DNA of 27,706 nucleotides from Gammaproteobacteria bacterium (GTDB lineage Bacteria > Pseudomonadota > Gammaproteobacteria > UBA6429 > Thiohalophilaceae): NCBI GenBank assembly GCA_031405795.1, contig JANNJI010000175.1:1-27706 (forward strand), read 5' to 3'. The translations under genes and the position numbers were made by a program. This document shows, in pieces, positions 7,740 through 16,131 of this stretch. The notes under the pieces are model-generated. The model worked only from the letters and a program-made list of their open reading frames with translations, was not told the origin of the DNA and ran no database searches. Numbering within the stretch: the first letter of the stretch is position 1; each line of letters opens with the position of its first letter.

Positions 7740-9128
7740 ATGGAACACAGGCTATTAAATCTGATACCTTTTACTTCGCAAATTAACAGTGATGCGGTGT
7801 ACAGAATGATATCAGACATCGGTTACCGGGTGAAAATCGTCAAAAGTGATAACTGGCTATCTTCAATAGCGCTTCAACCAACAAACCTTTCAGTATTATT
7901 ACTTGATAAAGATATATTTCTTCAAGACAAATTACGCACTGCATTGACAAAGGGAAACCGATCTCCAACCTTTGCCATCATAGGCGATCAGAAAATTAAT
8001 GAAAATGTAAAATTGTTGGAATTGTGTGATGATTTCACGACCTGGCCTTGTTACGCGCAGGAATTAACATGCCGCCTTGAACGGCTTGCCAGCCTGGAGG
8101 GGAAATCCTGGAACTCGCCTGCTGATTGTGGGAAAGTACAAGAGGAATTTATTTCACTTAATTTGCTGGGCCAATCGAATAAGTTTGTTCAGTCTCTCAA
8201 TCTTATAAAAAAAGTTGCCCACTGCGATGTGTCGGTGTTCATTGAAGGCGAAACGGGTACTGGTAAAGAAGTTACTGCGCGCGCAATACACTACTTAAGT
8301 GCCAGGCAAAACCATCCTTTCGTGCCGGTCAACTGTGGTGCAATACCGGATAATCTGCTTGAAAATGAATTGTTTGGCCATGAGAAAGGCGCATTTACGG
8401 ATGCAAAAGAGTACCAGCCGGGCCTTATTGCTCAGGCGGATGGCGGAACATTGTTTCTTGATGAAATCGATTCGATGTCACCCAAGGCCCAGGTTGCACT
8501 GTTACGTTTTCTGCAAGATCAGGAATACAGACCCTTGGGCGCTAAAAAATACAAGCAAGCGGATGTCAGAATTATTACGGCAACAAATTCCAATATTCGG
8601 ACGTTGGTTGAACAAGGCGCCTTCCGTGAAGATCTATATTTTCGTATTAATATTATGTCCATAACCTTACCACCGCTGCGTGAGCGAGGCGGTGATATCC
8701 GCATTCTGGCAGAGCATTTTCTGCAACTTTGTCGGGAACACTATCACCAACCTGATAAATTTTTACACAAGAATGCCCTTCGGTGGTTGGAAAATTATAG
8801 TTGGCCCGGAAACGTACGGGAATTGGAAAACACAATACACCGTATGTTTCTTCTCGCAGAGGGAGCCGCAATTCATACTATTCATACTGTAAATGTTGGA
8901 AACGGGCATACTGAGCGTCGAAAAAACCTTCCCGATCGAAGAAATAAATTGTTATTTACCATGGGTTTTAATGAGGCAAAAAACAATATGATTAAGGAAT
9001 TTGAGAAAAATTATCTCTCTGGGTTGATGGCAGAATCACTTGGTAATGTCAGTAAAGCGGCAAAGATCGCAGGTAAAGAGCGGCGCGCATTAGGTAAACT
9101 TCTGAAAAAACATCAAATTAAATCGTGA
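7740..9128 (+). CDS. Sigma-54-dependent transcriptional activator (bEBP): degenerate receiver-like N-terminus, AAA+ domain, Fis-type HTH
   Basis: Walker A GETGTGKE, ENELFGHEKGAFTDA, Walker B LFLDEI, FREDLYFRIN, WPGNVRELEN, C-terminal GNVSKAAKIAGKERRALGKLLKKH. Confidence 0.95.
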   Translation: MEHRLLNLIPFTSQINSDAVYRMISDIGYRVKIVKSDNWLSSIALQPTNLSVLLLDKDIFLQDKLRTALTKGNRSPTFAIIGDQKINENVKLLELCDDFTTWPCYAQELTCRLERLASLEGKSWNSPADCGKVQEEFISLNLLGQSNKFVQSLNLIKKVAHCDVSVFIEGETGTGKEVTARAIHYLSARQNHPFVPVNCGAIPDNLLENELFGHEKGAFTDAKEYQPGLIAQADGGTLFLDEIDSMSPKAQVALLRFLQDQEYRPLGAKKYKQADVRIITATNSNIRTLVEQGAFREDLYFRINIMSITLPPLRERGGDIRILAEHFLQLCREHYHQPDKFLHKNALRWLENYSWPGNVRELENTIHRMFLLAEGAAIHTIHTVNVGNGHTERRKNLPDRRNKLLFTMGFNEAKNNMIKEFEKNYLSGLMAESLGNVSKAAKIAGKERRALGKLLKKHQIKS

Positions 9129-9223
9129 AATTAATCTTCGCTTTAGTAATAATGAATAATTTGTGACTATTGATTTTTTAGGTATTACCTGGGATTGATA
9201 TTATTTTATGGTGCGTGTTGATG

Positions 9224-9252
9224 GAGGGTTACCGATAAATCGGGTAACCCTC
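9224..9252. terminator. Hairpin between convergent bEBP and lipoprotein genes, probable terminator
   Basis: GAGGGTTACC-GATAAATCG-GGTAACCCTC inverted repeat. No strong U-tract. Confidence 0.5.
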
Positions 9253-9272
9253 ACCTTGTATTTTAATATAGA

Positions 9273-10232
9273 TTACTTAGTTTTGCAGGCAATAATTGCG
9301 TCTTGCACTTGACGCCGCAAAGCAATTGTTTGAGAAAAACAACTGGTAGTCACATCCGCATTATTTGAACCTTGGCATAAATTAATAGCTTCATTCCATT
9401 GCCATTTTGTGTTGTTGCCCCGGCTAACATTGCCATGCATAACTTTTTCGAAACACCGGGCTGGCTGGATACTGGTTTCCTTGCCTTTGCAAAGTGACTG
9501 TACATTGGCATCAGACCAAGTTTTATGGCCGGAATAATCCCATGCAATTTTTCCTTGAACGGCATTGTAACAAGTATTCACAGGGAGAGGAGCTATAATA
9601 CCTGTTGATAATTGACGTTGTTCGTTAATAATCGTAGAAATAGGAAGAATGGAAGGGGGCCTTTTTACAGGAGTAGTTGTTGTGGGGGATGCAACGGTTG
9701 TAGCGGGTGTTGCTGGCGTAGCTGGTGAAGTTACGCCAACCGTTGGCGGTTTTGGAGAATCTACATCAGGTTCAGCCATCGCATTCCAGTTTTTAGTTAA
9801 TTTGAATGTACGTGTTTTAACAGGCGTACCATCTCGTGATAACTCAATTTCAATTTGGTTTGAGTCAATTGTACGACCTACCAACGCATCTGACCATGTT
9901 AATGTTAAATCCACTGTCCCACTCATAGTGCCAGGTGTTTCTACGGTACTTGTGATTCCTGGAATGCGCGAACCATTTTTTACAGCTTTTGCTTGAAATT
10001 GAACGCCATCCGGTTTGAATAGATCTTTGTAAAAGACTTGTATAGAAACGGCATTCCCAAGCTTCTGTACTACTTCCATTTTTGTGATTTTAGCCCGATT
10101 ATCAATTTCCTTCCCCGCAGCACTTGAAACCACTCCTCCAAAAAAATCCGTTAATGGACTGCTGCCATCTTCATTTTGCATCGTTGCACACGAAGATATA
10201 CATACACTTAATATTAATATTGCTGACTTCAT
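9273..10232 (-). CDS. Predicted lipoprotein with Pro/Thr linker and C-terminal Cys/Trp repeat domain
   Basis: True start is probably the ATG at 10232 (AGGAGG upstream), not 10304. MKSAILILSVCISSC is lipobox-like. Linker SPATPATPATTVASPTTTTP, then two ~40-aa units each with W..W...LCxG...CF. Confidence 0.7.
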   Translation of the reverse strand: MKSAILILSVCISSCATMQNEDGSSPLTDFFGGVVSSAAGKEIDNRAKITKMEVVQKLGNAVSIQVFYKDLFKPDGVQFQAKAVKNGSRIPGITSTVETPGTMSGTVDLTLTWSDALVGRTIDSNQIEIELSRDGTPVKTRTFKLTKNWNAMAEPDVDSPKPPTVGVTSPATPATPATTVASPTTTTPVKRPPSILPISTIINEQRQLSTGIIAPLPVNTCYNAVQGKIAWDYSGHKTWSDANVQSLCKGKETSIQPARCFEKVMHGNVSRGNNTKWQWNEAINLCQGSNNADVTTSCFSQTIALRRQVQDAIIACKTK

Positions 10233-10449
10233 ATAGCCTCCTAAGTACTGAAAAAACAATTGACAATTTGTCTTATTAATAGAGAAAGATATCTTCTCTA
10301 ACAATGTGAACGTTAGAGTTTGCTATTTTAAATATCAGTAAATTATTTACCGATAAAATGTGACTTATTTACATAATACGGATTAAATATTTACATTGTT
10401 GTGATAATCAGCGATGGCAATTATTTTGTTAACAAGACAAGGTTTGAAT

Positions 10450-10555
10450 CCGGGTGATGTTTGACCCGGCATGGGTGTAAAGTTACCCATGCCGTAATGC
10501 CATGTTTACTGCTGAATATTTTGTTTTATATAAATAACCGGGTCGGGCGTGACCC
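10450..10555. promoter_or_regulatory. Three palindromic GGGT-N8-ACCC boxes, candidate enhancer (UAS) sites
   Basis: CCGGGT-GATGTTTG-ACCCGG (10450-10469); CGGCATGGGT-GTAAAGTT-ACCCATGCCG (10467-10494); GGGT-CGGGCGTG-ACCC (10540-10555). All lie in otherwise AT-rich DNA. Confidence 0.65.
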
Positions 10556-10616
10556 AGCATTAAAAGTATGAAAATATTAATAGCAACTAATTCAGTAAGT
10601 TAGCGGTAAAAATATT

Positions 10617-10633
10617 TTGGCACATGTATTGCT
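10617..10633 (+). promoter_or_regulatory. Sigma-54 (-24/-12) promoter of the CIS operon
   Basis: TTGGCACATGTATTGCT: GG at 10619-20 and GC at 10631-32 with exact 10-nt spacing, 45 nt upstream of the ATG at 10679. Confidence 0.85.
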
Positions 10634-10678
10634 GATACAGAGCTTAAGAATGGAAAAATATTATATAACGCATTAAAT

Positions 10679-10924
10679 ATGCAAAAAAAAAATCGCAGCG
10701 ATGTTATTTTGGTAGCTAAAGAAATTGATCAGTATTTAGTGGATCACCCAAATGCGGCAGATAGCCTGGAGGGTGTAGTTACTTGGTGGCTGGCTCGGCA
10801 GAGGTATACAAAAGCAACAGATGTTGTGCAACAAGCGTTAGAGCATTTGGTGCGTGAAGGGGTAGTGAAAAAAATTGTTATAAATGGAAACAAAACGGTT
10901 TATGCGCATAAAGAAAAGGATTAA
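10679..10924 (+). CDS. Small winged-helix-like protein (81 aa)
   Basis: YLVDHPNAADSLEGVVTWWL...VQQALEHLVREGVV followed by a beta-hairpin-like end (KIVINGNKTVY). Confidence 0.7.
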   Translation: MQKKNRSDVILVAKEIDQYLVDHPNAADSLEGVVTWWLARQRYTKATDVVQQALEHLVREGVVKKIVINGNKTVYAHKEKD

Positions 10925-10962
10925 CGGTAATTTTAACGAAATTTAACCAGGTGAAATAATAA

Positions 10963-11532
10963 ATGTTTAATGATTTTGATGCCATATTAAAAAATTTGAT
11001 AGTAAGCGGACTTTCCAATGGTCTGAACGAGAAAAATATTCTATTTGTAACACCTGATGTTGGTTTTAAACCGGAACTTCCTGCAATTAACTGTTTTCTT
11101 TATGACATTCGTGAAAACAGTGAGTTACGTAGTAATGAATGGTTTGTTGACAAAAATGCAGACGGCACAGTGTCAAAAAAACGTGCGCCATTATGGTTGG
11201 ACTGTAGCTATATTATTACGACTTGGGCGACCACTATCGAGAGTGAACATCGTTTGCTTGGGGAGGTGTTCGCAACGTTATTATCCTATGAGGTTAAAGC
11301 AGGTGATTCTTCGAACCATAGCGTTAACAATAGATCAGGAAAAACGTTTTTAAAATTTAATAAAAACATGGCAAATAATATTTATGATATGTGGAATTCG
11401 CTTGGTATTAAACCTCGATCAATGCTTAGTTATACCTTGACTGCCAGTATTGAAAAGCAAGCGCCAGAAAATATAATGCTAGTTAAAGAAAAAGTAATCA
11501 ATATGAATGTTATCAAAGAAATGGCTTTATGA
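10963..11532 (+). CDS. Pvc16/Afp16 (DUF4255) tail terminator/cap protein
   Basis: LPAINCFLYDIRENSELR, PLWLDCSYIITTW, EHRLLGEV, KPRSMLSYTLT. Confidence 0.9.
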   Translation: MFNDFDAILKNLIVSGLSNGLNEKNILFVTPDVGFKPELPAINCFLYDIRENSELRSNEWFVDKNADGTVSKKRAPLWLDCSYIITTWATTIESEHRLLGEVFATLLSYEVKAGDSSNHSVNNRSGKTFLKFNKNMANNIYDMWNSLGIKPRSMLSYTLTASIEKQAPENIMLVKEKVINMNVIKEMAL

Positions 11533-11534
11533 TG

Positions 11535-11565
11535 ACCGATCTTATGTAAGATACGGTATTTTTTT
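11535..11565 (+). terminator. Intrinsic terminator-like hairpin inside the operon
   Basis: ACCG-ATCTT-ATGT-AAGAT-A-CGGT followed by ATTTTTTT directly after the pvc16 stop. Confidence 0.45.
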
Positions 11566-11621
11566 GCATAGTTATATATTTAATCACAGCAGTGCCAGGA
11601 TATTATTAAGGAGAAAATGTT

Positions 11622-12944
11622 ATGGCAAATTATCTATCGCCGGGAGTTTATGTTCATGAGGTTCCTTCAGGCACGGCACCAATTAACGGTGTTGGAACAT
11701 CTACCGCTGGATTTATTGGTATCTTCGCTGATGTCATCCAAATTCCTTTTGAAAACCCTGACTATGATCCATCCAAGAAGGCTACTGAATCGGAAGCTGA
11801 ACCAGTTGATATGGCTGAGCCTGCGCCGGGCGCCGCTGCAAGAAGACGTGCGGCCAGAACAACAAGTGGTCAAAACAGTCCTTTTATAACGAAAGAGTTT
11901 AAACCAATCGATGCTGGTGAAGTTAAATTAGTCACCAATAAAAGCGAATTCAGAAAATTTTTTGGTGATTTTTCAACTGATGACGGCCATGGAAAATTGC
12001 TGCATGCGGTTAATGGATTTTTTGATAATGGTGGAACACGCTGTTTTGTTGTGCGCGTAAAAGAAAAATCCAAGATACTTACTACTGCGCTGGAAAAATT
12101 CGAATCCATCGATGAAATTTCTATCGTCGCGGCGCCCGGTATCGCCGATGCAGACGTACGTAGCGCACTTGTTACGCATTGTGAAAAAATGGGTGACAGA
12201 TTCGCAATATTGGATTGTGCGGAAGAAACCGAGACTGATGGAACCTTTGATCGGGATAAACTCAGTGAACCGCAGGATTCAAACTATGCTGCAGTGTATA
12301 TTCCCTGGTTTCGTGTTTTTGATCCGGCATTAAAAATCACCAATCCAGACGGAAATGGCAAACGTTATATTGCGCCGAGTGGTCACATTGCTGGTATTTA
12401 TGCACGTGTTGATGCTGAACGTGGGGTGCATAAGGCGCCAGCAAACGTAGTAATCAGAGGGGTGGCGAGCCCGGATGATCTTAAGTATCGCCTGAGCAAG
12501 GCACAGCAAGATGGATTAAATCCTGTTGGGATTAACTGTATACGCCACATAAATGGGAATGTGAAGGTGTGGGGCGCGCGAACCATCGGTGGCGCCAGAA
12601 ATGATGAATGGACATATGTATCAGTGCGACGACTGTTTCTTTATCTACGTGAATCTATTGATGAGGGCACCCAGTGGGTCGTATTTGAACCAAACACGCC
12701 TAACCTTTGGGCAAAAATAACGCGAAATATTACCGCCTATTTGACCAACGTATGGCGCGATGGTGCATTGTTTGGCAACAGCCCGCAAGAGGCTTTTTAT
12801 GTCAAATGTGATGCAGAAACAAATCCACCGGAAATACGTGATTTGGGACAGGTTGTAACTGAAATTGGTGTTGCTGTTGCCAGACCGGCAGAGTTTGTTG
12901 TATTCCGTATCAGTCAATGGCAAGCAGAAGCAACAGCCGAATAA
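11622..12944 (+). CDS. Contractile tail sheath protein 1
   Basis: YLSPGVYVHE, FFDNGGTRC, AAVYIPW, PSGHIAGIYARVDAERGVHKAPAN, VWGART, YVSVRRLF, RPAEFVVFRI. Confidence 0.96.
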   Translation: MANYLSPGVYVHEVPSGTAPINGVGTSTAGFIGIFADVIQIPFENPDYDPSKKATESEAEPVDMAEPAPGAAARRRAARTTSGQNSPFITKEFKPIDAGEVKLVTNKSEFRKFFGDFSTDDGHGKLLHAVNGFFDNGGTRCFVVRVKEKSKILTTALEKFESIDEISIVAAPGIADADVRSALVTHCEKMGDRFAILDCAEETETDGTFDRDKLSEPQDSNYAAVYIPWFRVFDPALKITNPDGNGKRYIAPSGHIAGIYARVDAERGVHKAPANVVIRGVASPDDLKYRLSKAQQDGLNPVGINCIRHINGNVKVWGARTIGGARNDEWTYVSVRRLFLYLRESIDEGTQWVVFEPNTPNLWAKITRNITAYLTNVWRDGALFGNSPQEAFYVKCDAETNPPEIRDLGQVVTEIGVAVARPAEFVVFRISQWQAEATAE

Positions 12945-12982
12945 TATAAATCCATTATCGGAAAAAACAGACCAGGAAAAAA

Positions 12983-14122
12983 ATGTCACAATATTATTCG
13001 CCCGGTGTTTACATACGAGAAATCGTTCCGCCACCCGCGCCTGGGTTGCAGACGGGCGTACCTGTTTTTATTGGCTACACACGATGCTCGCCAAATAAGA
13101 CAGATGATCAATCATCCTATGTGCTTACCAGCTGGCAGGATTTTCTGCAAAAGTTTGGAGAGCCGGTAACGACAGGTTTCCTGGGTTATGTGGTACAGGG
13201 ATTTTTCGAAAATGGCGGTAAGATTTGTTACGTTTATCCACTCGAGGGTGATATTGAAATTGCATTACGACGGTGTTTGGAATTTTTGGAGTCATGGGAA
13301 GAATGCGATCTTGTGTGTGCGCCAGATGTGATGCTAAATCCAGAAAATGCTATCGAGTTACAAAGGGCATTACTGGACCATTGTGAAAAACAAGGTAATC
13401 GATTTGCCGTACTGGATTCGCTTCACGCAAGTGATGAACATACCGTGGTACGGCAGCGGCAAGCACTGCGCTCGAATAACGGCGCACTTTATTATCCCTG
13501 GGTGGTTGTGAGTTCTGATACTGAGCCATGCGGTAAGGTTGTCCCGCCGTGTGGGCATGTCGCCGGGGTTTATGCAAGCACTGATAGGCAGATTGGCGTA
13601 CACAAAGCTCCGGCAAATGTGCAGCTTAAAGGTATTGTCGGTATTGAAAGTGATATTAATGTTGAGATACAAGATCGTTTAAATCCACACGGGATTAACT
13701 GTTTACGTATTTTTCCAGGCAGAGGTATTCGTATTTGGGGCGCAAGAACATTGAGTGCTACACCAACCTGGCGTTATATCAATGTGCGGCGGCTTTTAAT
13801 GAGTGTGGGATGCTGGTGCGATAAAAATCTATCCGATATTGTATTTGAAATTAATCATCCAAGATTATGGGCTCGCCTTGAACGTGCATTAACGGCCTAT
13901 TTAACAGAATTATTCATGCGTGGAGCATTGCAGGGTAAGTCAGCGCGTGAAGCGTTCTATGTTAAATGTGATGCCGACACAAACACTGTCAATATGATAA
14001 ATGCAGGAACAATTATAACTGAAATCGGGCTGGCACCATCAGTGCCAAGTGAATTTGTTGTAATGCACATTGTACATAGCAACAACGGTGTTCATTTATT
14101 AGATCGTATCTGGAATACATAA
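12983..14122 (+). CDS. Contractile tail sheath protein 2
   Basis: YYSPGVYIRE, FFENGGKIC, GALYYPW, PPCGHVAGVYA, GVHKAPAN, IWGARTL, YINVRRL, PSEFVV. Confidence 0.95.
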   Translation: MSQYYSPGVYIREIVPPPAPGLQTGVPVFIGYTRCSPNKTDDQSSYVLTSWQDFLQKFGEPVTTGFLGYVVQGFFENGGKICYVYPLEGDIEIALRRCLEFLESWEECDLVCAPDVMLNPENAIELQRALLDHCEKQGNRFAVLDSLHASDEHTVVRQRQALRSNNGALYYPWVVVSSDTEPCGKVVPPCGHVAGVYASTDRQIGVHKAPANVQLKGIVGIESDINVEIQDRLNPHGINCLRIFPGRGIRIWGARTLSATPTWRYINVRRLLMSVGCWCDKNLSDIVFEINHPRLWARLERALTAYLTELFMRGALQGKSAREAFYVKCDADTNTVNMINAGTIITEIGLAPSVPSEFVVMHIVHSNNGVHLLDRIWNT

Positions 14123-14141
14123 ATTATCAAGGAGAAAAGAC

Positions 14142-14597
14142 ATGGCAACAGGAGAACGAAGAGATCCTTACCGGCAATATAACTTCATTGTAGAAATGGA
14201 TGGTATAACCCGCGCTGGGTTTAAGGAATGTTTTGGTTTGGATTCAAGTCAGGACATTGTTAATTATCGCGAAGGCGGTGAAAAATTGTCGGTTCGGCAA
14301 TTGCCAGGATTGGTCAGATATTCAAGGATTGTTCTTATGCGGGGGGTTACCGATGATCCTGAGCTATGGAATTGGCGTAAAGATGCGCAAGATGGAAAGA
14401 TTAAACGCAAAAATGGCTCTATCGTTTTATTGGACGACACAGGCGCAGAAAAAGGTCGTTGGAACTTTACTGATGCATGGCCGGTGAAGTGGGTTGGCCC
14501 GCACTTTAATGCCACAGGTAGCGAGGTTGCGATTGAAACGCTTGAACTGACACATGAAGGCCTCGATAAAATAATGCAGGCAAAAGCGGGTAAGTAA
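14142..14597 (+). CDS. Tail tube protein 1 (T4 gp19-like, Afp1/5)
   Basis: DPYRQYNFIVE, YREGG, LPGL, IVLMRGVT, WNFTDAWPVKWVGP, AIETLELTHEG. Confidence 0.95.
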   Translation: MATGERRDPYRQYNFIVEMDGITRAGFKECFGLDSSQDIVNYREGGEKLSVRQLPGLVRYSRIVLMRGVTDDPELWNWRKDAQDGKIKRKNGSIVLLDDTGAEKGRWNFTDAWPVKWVGPHFNATGSEVAIETLELTHEGLDKIMQAKAGK

Positions 14598-14630
14598 TAA
14601 AGTGGAAGTCAACATAGGTATGGCGATCAG

Positions 14631-15107
14631 ATGCAAATAAATGTCAGAAAAGATCCCTATTTAGCCTTTAATTTTCTGGTTGAAATTGATGGCCTGCAAG
14701 TGGGTGGGTTCAATGAAGTCGAAGGTTTGCATCTTAAGGTTGAAACCATCGCTTATTGCGAAGGCGGTGGCGGTGGGACTGTGTATCATTTGGCAGGCGA
14801 GCCTCGTTATGGTTGTGTCACCTTAAGTCGCGGTATGACAACGTCAATGGATCTGTGGGATTGGGTATTAAAAACTGTCGAAGGTGAGATTGTTCCGCGT
14901 CAGGTATCGATTGTTTTACGGAATATAGATCCGGAGTTGGAAGAAACACGTTGGAACCTCGCAAATGCATGGCCGCGCGAATGGAAGGCAGGCTGTTTTA
15001 ATGCGTTGAAAAGTGCTTTTTCAATAGAAAGCTTGTCATTGGTATTTGGCAGTATAAAACGAGAAATAGGCAATGTTAAACAAGTTAAAGAAAATATTAC
15101 TGCTTAA
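14631..15107 (+). CDS. Tail tube protein 2 (gp19-like)
   Basis: DPYLAFNFLVEIDG, FNEVEGL, VTLSRGMT, WNLANAWPREWKA, IESLSL. Confidence 0.92.
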   Translation: MQINVRKDPYLAFNFLVEIDGLQVGGFNEVEGLHLKVETIAYCEGGGGGTVYHLAGEPRYGCVTLSRGMTTSMDLWDWVLKTVEGEIVPRQVSIVLRNIDPELEETRWNLANAWPREWKAGCFNALKSAFSIESLSLVFGSIKREIGNVKQVKENITA

Positions 15108-16131
15108 GCTCGAGCGTATACTGCGGAATTGGGCAGATGCAATCCTGAAACTAGTGACAATTCCACCGTCAGTGGACGAAATCAGCAATGATTCAGTAAA
15201 CGGCGAAGCCGTGTTGGATATGCCTGGTGAACAAGAGCCGCGCAATTCAAAAGAAACGAATTATGTAGCAGCGGAAAATATAAATAAAGAATTAATGTCG
15301 CGCCCAATAGTCACTTTTTCTAATACAGTTGACCTGGAAATAATGCCACAATCCGCAGCGGATGTTAACGAAAGTAGTGTAACTCCCACCAGTCTGCAGT
15401 CACCAGTTAATGATAGTGGTGCTGCTACACGTGGGGTTGTTGCAACGGAAAAAGAGAGGGACATAAAACCATTTTTAAATGAAACGGTACGGGAAATGGT
15501 CGGCGCGGGGTATGGCCAAGTTAAAACACAAAAAGATAAGTATAAAATCGAGAACTATATTACAGACGGTGGCATTCAATACCAACCAGCTGCATATAAC
15601 AAACACGAAATTCAGCAACACTATAGCCTTTTAGCAACAGGCCATTCCGATGATGATGGCTATAAAGCCGCATCATTAACGTTAAGCATTGTAAAACGTG
15701 AAAAATACAATGCATTTTATGCTGAATTTTACAACGAAAAAAACATATTCGATAAATCAGACGTCTGTATTGATGAGCCGCAAGAAAAAATAAATTTTAC
15801 ACGAAATATTGCAGAACATGTTCAGCATATTCCAGCATCAATCGTAAAGGGTAATTTCTATATTGCTGAAAAATCAATATCGGAGTCGGGCATAAAGACT
15901 GATCCAGGAGCAAGGCATTGGCCGGAACTTGGCGAATCCGCGCCAATAATTCATATTAATGATGGACATAACTCAAGCGGTAATGTGCAACATTGGCCGG
16001 AATTTCCCTTGATGGATCAAGTAATTGATACAGCGTATGTACATGAAATGTCGCATGCCGATTATTACCGTGAGCTTATGCATCGTCGTGAGCTGGATAT
16101 GGAACAACAAGGTCAAGTATGGAACGCGTAG
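15073..16131 (+). CDS. Hypothetical CIS-associated protein, mostly low-complexity
   Basis: Fills the gap between tube 2 and Afp7 and overlaps both. Amphipathic N-terminal helix and two HWPE motifs near the C-terminus. Confidence 0.7.
   Translation: MLNKLKKILLLKLERILRNWADAILKLVTIPPSVDEISNDSVNGEAVLDMPGEQEPRNSKETNYVAAENINKELMSRPIVTFSNTVDLEIMPQSAADVNESSVTPTSLQSPVNDSGAATRGVVATEKERDIKPFLNETVREMVGAGYGQVKTQKDKYKIENYITDGGIQYQPAAYNKHEIQQHYSLLATGHSDDDGYKAASLTLSIVKREKYNAFYAEFYNEKNIFDKSDVCIDEPQEKINFTRNIAEHVQHIPASIVKGNFYIAEKSISESGIKTDPGARHWPELGESAPIIHINDGHNSSGNVQHWPEFPLMDQVIDTAYVHEMSHADYYRELMHRRELDMEQQGQVWNA

Noticed and set aside
7535-7819. Short ORFs 7580-7786 (+) and 7535-7819 (-)
   Set aside because: No RBS or recognisable motif, and they overlap the bEBP start; probably spurious.
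8905-8945. ERRKNLPDRR in the bEBP as a c-di-GMP (PilZ-like RxxxR) motif
   Set aside because: Arg spacing does not fit RxxxR and there is no accompanying D/NxSxxG motif.
10233-10304. ORF-track N-terminal extension of the lipoprotein
   Set aside because: AGGAGG and the signal peptide point to the ATG at 10232.
10333-10345. IHF-like site TATCAGTAAATTA
   Set aside because: It matches the consensus but lies on the far side of the enhancer boxes in very AT-rich DNA, where chance matches are likely; no minus-strand sigma-54 promoter was found to pair with it.
10601-10612. ops-like GCGGTA element for RfaH
   Set aside because: Only a partial match, and it lies upstream of the predicted promoter, so it would not be transcribed.
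11554-11568. Second sigma-54 promoter before sheath 1 (CGGTATTTTTTTGCA)
   Set aside because: GG-GC spacing is 9 nt, not 10, and the -24 context is poor.
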